Source: Macrostomum lignano | Taxonomy: Eukaryota | DNA length: 64,000 bases | NCBI GenBank assembly: GCA_002269645.1 | Contig: NIVC01002734.1 | Coordinates: 62,001 to 126,000 of the forward strand | Direction of reading: 5' to 3' | Part shown: positions 58,601 to 64,000 of the stretch, piece by piece | How the letters are laid out: the number at the start of each line of letters is the position of its first letter | Position numbering within the stretch: the first letter of the stretch is position 1 | The notes under the pieces: model-generated | The model's input: the letters and a program-made list of their open reading frames with translations, nothing else | Databases searched by the model: none | Told to the model about the DNA's origin: nothing | Position numbers and translations under genes: made by a program

Positions 58601-61384
58601 GCCTGTTTTGTGGCGTCTCTGATGCCCATTTTGTGAGTCTCTGATACCTGTTTCTGACGCTTCTGATACCCGTTTATGGCATTCATTTAAAATGGAATTC
58701 AATATCCTCTTTATTAATTTGCTAGCTCGAATGCGGCTTATTTTATCCAAAATTTCCAGATGCGGACTCAACAATCAGCCAGAAATCGCCAGGCAGCTAA
58801 TAATAAAGGTCATTCCCATTTAAGGCTTTATTAGAAAAAGCGCAATCGCAAAAATTCTAGCGAAGTCCCATCAAGTCACATCGAGTCCGTAAAGTCACAT
58901 CAAGTCCCGTGAAACCACATCAAGTATCACTGAAATCCCAGCAAACTCTAAAATCCTCATCGTCGCGAACTCCTCCAGGGCGCTGCCGTGGACGCCGCAG
59001 ACGCAGACTTCATGTCGCCGCTGCACTGGGCCTGCAAGCGGGGCCACCGTCCGGTCGCCGACGTCTTGCTGGAATTTCGCGCCAGACTGGACGGCCACGA
59101 TGTCGGCATGCGGACGCCGCTGCACTGGGCGGTCATCGAGGACAACGACGGGATTGTTGAGCGGCTCCTGGAGGCGCCTGGGGTGGAGACAGTGCTCAAC
59201 AAGCAAGACATGTTCGACAAGACTCCGCTGCACTACGCCACCGAGAGGGGCTGCACCGGGGTAAGAAAAAAATTAAGGTCATATCTCGCGGAAAAGCTGT
59301 GGATGCTGTACGCAGGCTCTCTCACTTGCTACTTGACAGAAATGTACAAATCACTATTCAAACTGAATCCTGAGAAATCTGTTTTCTAAGAAAGGACACA
59401 TAATCTGTTAATCGAACGTTTCTTCGAAACCTTCCTCCCACAAAAATTTCATTTCTTTCTAGGAAAATATTTACTGTATCTTCTTGGACCATGAAAACTT
59501 TCTAAGTTTTGTAGAAAAAACTTACTAAAAATGTTTGCTTGGAAAGCCGCGTGACCTTGGAAATTTAAAACAGCGTGCTTAGATAAATAGCCCTAAGAAA
59601 AGAAGTCGATCGCTCACTCCACTCCATTCAGCTCGCCAGGCGCCTGGTGGGCAGCGGCGCCGACTGCACTGTCGTTGACGGAGACGAGCGCCGTCCCGCC
59701 ACGTGGCGGCCAAGGCCGGCCACCTGGACTGCCTGCGGCTGCTCATCGAGGCCACGGCCGGCCTGTCAGTTCATCATCGCGACCTGGACGAGCGGACAAT
59801 GGTGCTGCTGGCGGCTGAGGAGGGCCGCTTTGAAGCATTTCACTTCCTGTGCGTTGAGTGCGGAGCGGACTTTAGCGCCAAGTGAGGCTGCTGGGAGTAA
59901 AGGGACCTCAGCGACCTGAGATTACCATTTAGTGACCCAATGATCCAGTGACCCAATGACCCAGTGACCCAATGACCCAGTGACCCAATGACCCAGTGAC
60001 CCAATGACCCAGTGACCCAATGACCCAATGACCCAATGACCCAGTGACCCAATGACCCAGTAACCCAATGACCCAATGACCCAGTGATCCAATGACCCAG
60101 TAACCCAATGACCCAATGACCCAGTGACCCAATGACCCAATGACTCAATGCCCAGAGTGGCTCAATCACCCAGCAGCTCAACAAAATCAGTGACTCATTT
60201 GCACCCAATGACCCCAGGGACGATGTGGGCCGCAACTCGCTGATGCTGGCGGTCGCCAAGTCCCACTACGAGATCGCCAAGTTCCTCCTGGACAGGGACA
60301 TCGATATCAACGCCACCGATGTCAACAAGGTTGCCATTTTTAGTGCACGCGTACTAATACTAAAAGTACAAATGGCTGAAGGTGTCTCTGAATAATTGCA
60401 GAACACGGCACTGCACTATGCAGCAAAGGAGGACTCAACCGGTCGGTGCGTGAGGCTGCTGCTGGAGTACTCAGCACCGATCAGCGAGAACAACAGCAGC
60501 GAGACGGCTGTGGACTTCGCTATTTTCGTCAGCAATCGAGAGGCGTTGGAGATTTTCTTCAGCGAGCAGTAGTATGTGGCGCATTTTAGTGACATGTATT
60601 ATATGCTTGGCGTTCAATGTTACGGTATTGGAGTTTAGTAGCATAACTTCTCATGATTCTCAAGTTGAGTAGCATAGCTGCTCATGGTTCTCAAGTTGAG
60701 TAGCGTAGCTTCTCATGATTCTCAAGTTGAGTAGCGTAGCTTCTCATGATTCTCAAGTTGAGTAGCGTAGCTTCTCATGGTTCTCAAGTTGAGTAGCATA
60801 GCTTCTCATGATTCTCAAGTTGAGTAGCATAGCTGCTCATGGTTTTCAAGTTAAGTAGCGTAGCTTCTCATGATTCTCAAGTTGAGTAGTATAGCTTCTC
60901 ATGGTTCTCAAGTTGAGTAGTGTAGCTTCTCATGGTTCTCAAGTTGAGTAGCATAGCTGCTCATGGTTCTCAAGTTGAGTAGCGTAGCTTCTCATGATTC
61001 TCAAGTAGAGTAGTGTAGCTTCTCATGATTCTCAAGTTGAGTGGCATAGCTTCTCATGATTCTCAAGTTGAGTGGCATAGTTTCTGATGATTGACGTGTT
61101 TGAGAATTTTTTTTGCAATAGGAACGTTATGGATTTTACAAACGGTGGCATGAATGATATTAGTCCACATGGTTAGCATTAAAACAAATTGATCAGACCC
61201 TTGACAACCGATTCTCCATGCAAACACGGCTCTGTGTGCGCAAATTGCTGAAGGCCAGTTGCTGCTCAGTAAACACACGGATTTCTGATCTGTATGACTG
61301 CCGTATTGACATGTGTGTCTGGCAGGGTTCTGAATGTCCTCTAGGCAGCCCGCTGGCATATTCAGTACATTATAGCACAGTTTA

Positions 61385-61465
<81 letters not shown>

Positions 61466-61761
61466 CGATCGCTCTTTCTCGCTATCTACCATCTATTGCC
61501 AGGACCTGCACCGGAGCGGTTACGAAAATTAGATTTCTCGGTAGTTGCACGTACTCTTTTGCACTACTTGAGTAGTCTGGTTTTCGTTCGGCATGGCTGG
61601 TTCCAGCAGGTAGTTCCTCTGGATAAAAGCGCTTACCGCGCCCATTGGCTTTCCAGCTGCCTTAATCGTTTCCGGTGATCTTGTGTGCGTGCTTTCAGCT
61701 TGATTGGCTGTGGCAAGCAAGCTCGAAAGAGCTCGCTTCGCTCGCTCTTTCTCGCTATCTA

Positions 61762-61813
<52 letters not shown>

Positions 61814-61814
61814 A

Positions 61815-61863
<49 letters not shown>

Positions 61864-61903
61864 CTATCTATCCACTATCTATCTATCTATCCATCTATCT
61901 ATC

Positions 61904-61989
<86 letters not shown>

Positions 61990-63345
61990 CTTCTATCTAA
62001 TTCCTGCAGCTGGTCGTGGACCATGGCCTACAGACGAGAGAACGGCAGGACCCACATGGACAAGCTGATTGAGCATTCGCTCGAGTTTGCCACGGTATTC
62101 CAGTTCTACTTTACGCAATCAACGTCACAGCCTTTTTGCAGTCAAATGTACTTTTAATGTTTTAAAATTCGCTCATCGGTCATCATGGCACCCACCCATT
62201 CAGAAAGTTCTTGACTACGGCATCAGCACTACAGTCCGGGATCCGATGGACAAGAACTTTGCCGTAAAGTTGAAACTATTTTCTTAAAATTATTGAGCAT
62301 ATTTAAGCATTGTAGTTCGTAGAGAGGAGAGAAGAGAGAGAGGAGTGATGAGAGAGAAGAGAAGACAGAGGAGAGGGGAGAGGACATTATACACCCATGC
62401 AACCAGTACACCATAATTGTATCCTTTCATTTTTAGGTAATCTACAACTACTCCCTAATCGATCCTGGACCAGACGATCCAGCCTCTCAGCCTCATCGCT
62501 ACCTGGCTCTGATGACTATGGCTCGATTCAAGCAGCTGGACTTGCTGAAGCATCCTCTGTCTTCTGCTGTTATGCAGGAGAAGTGGTGCGTGACTGAGCT
62601 AGAAGTGTCTTTTCCGGTTGATTAATCATCAGCTAAAAACCAGGGGTGTCCACTAAGAATCAAGGTTGTCCACTAAGAATCAAAGGTGTCCACTGAGAAT
62701 CAGGGGTGTCCAGTAAGAATCAGGGCCAGGGGTGTCCACTGAGAATCAAGAGACGTCCATCAATAATCAGGGTGTCCATCAACAATCAGGGGTGTCCAGT
62801 AAGAATCAGGGCCAGGGGTGTCCACTGAGAATCAAGAGACGTCCATCAATAATCAGGGTGTCCATCAATAATCAGGGTGTCCATCAATAATCAGGGGTGT
62901 CCATCAACAATCAGGGGTGTCCATCAACAATCAGGGGTTTCCATCAGTAATCAGGGGTGTCCATCAATAATCAGGGGTGTCCATCAATAATCAGGGGTGT
63001 CCATCAATAATCAGGGTGTCCATCAATAATCAGGGTGTCCATCAATAATCAGGGTGTCCATCAATAATCAAGGGTGTCATTAATAATCAGGGGTGTCCAT
63101 CAACAATCAGGGGTGTCCATCAGTCCAACCAAAAAAAAATAGCAGTTCTGAGTGAACAATTTCAGGACTAAATTCGCTATCACCTCGCTGCTGGTGGACC
63201 TCATATTCTACGTGCTGTTCCTGACCTGTCTGACAATATTTGTGATGGACCAGGGACCGTTGCGTCCAACTGAAATGGACGAGCAGGGCTGCAGGAACAC
63301 TTCGGCTGGAATGGTGATGACTCGATTTTATTGGCATCGATCGAG
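55690..63345 (+). CDS. TRPA1-like ankyrin-repeat ion channel, 5' part, multi-exon, continuing beyond the window
   Basis: Many ankyrin-repeat exons (GQTALHVAC, GSTALHHA, GNTPLHIAA, MSPLHWAC, RTPLHWA, KTPLHYA, NTALHYA). These are followed by LALMTMARFKQLDLLKHPL...EKW (TRPA pre-S1 motif) and the first transmembrane segment LLVDLIFYVLFLTCLTIFVM. In-phase junctions were checked at several sites, e.g. cat|gtgagc...gcag|TTT and TG|gtgcgt...ttcag|G. Confidence 0.85.
56605..56900. repeat. ~15-bp intronic minisatellite (CAGCCCTGACACCCT)n
   Basis: Visible array in a TRPA intron. Confidence 0.93.
58085..58670. repeat. 23-bp intronic minisatellite (GTTTTGTGACGTCTCTGATGCCT)n
   Basis: Visible array. Confidence 0.95.
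59930..60150. repeat. 8-bp intronic repeat (TGACCCA[A/G])n
   Basis: Visible array. Confidence 0.95.
60640..61080. repeat. 31-bp intronic minisatellite (TTCTCAAGTTGAGTAGCGTAGCTTCTCATGA)n
   Basis: Visible array; each unit contains the CTCAAGTTGAG palindrome. Confidence 0.95.
61385..61990. repeat. Two (TCTA)n microsatellites (61385-61465 and 61760-61990) with a shared flank TCGCTCTTTCTCGCTATCTAC
   Basis: Directly visible. Confidence 0.93.
62640..63120. repeat. ~20-bp intronic minisatellite (TCAGGGGTGTCCATCAATAA)n
   Basis: Visible array. Confidence 0.93.
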
Positions 63346-63349
63346 CTAA

Positions 63350-64000
63350 ATAGAGGCTAGAGGCTAAATCTATAGACTGTTAGAGGCTAAATCTATAGAC
63401 TGTTAGAGGCTAAATCTATAGACTGTTAGAGGCTAAATCTATAGACTGTTAGAGGCTAAATCTATAGACTGTTAGAGGCTAAATCTATAGACTGTTAGAG
63501 GCTAAATCTATAGACTGTTAGAGGCTAGATCTATAGACTGTTAGAGGCTAGATCTATAGACTGTTAGAGGCTAGATCTATAGACTGTTAGAGGCTAAATC
63601 TATAGACTGTTAGAGGCTAGATCTATAGACTGTTAGAGGCTAAATCTATAGACTGTTAGAGGCTAAATCTATAGACTGTTAGAGGCTAAATCTAGACCAT
63701 ATAGGTTTTGAATCTATAAGCGGTGAATCTAAAAACAATCTAAGCATTGGAAGGGCTTAACTGTAGGGCGTAAAATCTAAACAGTCAAGGCCGCCAAATC
63801 TAAACAGTGAAGGTCACCAAATCTAAACAGTGAAGGCCGCCAAATCTCAACAGTGAAGGCCGCCAAATCTAAACAGTGAAGGGCGCCAAATCTAAACAGT
63901 GAAGGGCGCCAAATCTAAACAGTGAAGGGCGCCAAATCTAAACAGTGAAGAGCGCCAAATCTAAACAGTGAAGGCCGCCAAATCTAAACAGTGAAGGTCA
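63350..64000. repeat. Two adjacent 23-bp arrays: (GTTAGAGGCTAAATCTATAGACT)n and (CCAAATCTAAACAGTGAAGGGCG)n
   Basis: Visible arrays, presumably intronic. Confidence 0.93.

Overview
Eukaryotic, repeat-rich genomic DNA, probably from a flatworm such as Macrostomum. The organism is an inference from gene style, minisatellite-filled introns and the transposon families, and is not proven. From 0.6 to 12.8 kb lie three co-oriented minus-strand genes: ERMARD/C6orf70-like, EDC3, and a PLPP4/5-like lipid phosphatase. Each is preceded by a 3' splice acceptor, which suggests a trans-spliced operon. The last gene has no ATG in its first identifiable coding exon. From 14.5 to 19.3 kb is a cluster of hAT and MULE MITEs with clear target-site duplications (TSDs). 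The most striking structure is at 19.4-45.8 kb: two giant non-coding foldback (long inverted-repeat) elements nested one inside the other. FB1 (~12.6 kb, ~5.2-kb arms) has a 9-10-bp TSD. FB2 (~13.7 kb, ~4-kb arms) is inserted in FB1's right arm with a 7-8-bp TSD. They share a CAGCCGT-like terminus, a parallel internal architecture, and decayed LINE RNase H in their spacers. The pair sits in a short repeat array next to a FLYWCH-MULE transposase gene. Further right are a secreted C-type-lectin/PAN gene, a 5'-truncated RTE-like LINE with TSD, and the 5' part of a multi-exon TRPA-like ankyrin channel. Most long ORFs in the supplied track between 20 and 45 kb are stop-free frames of tandem repeats, not genes.
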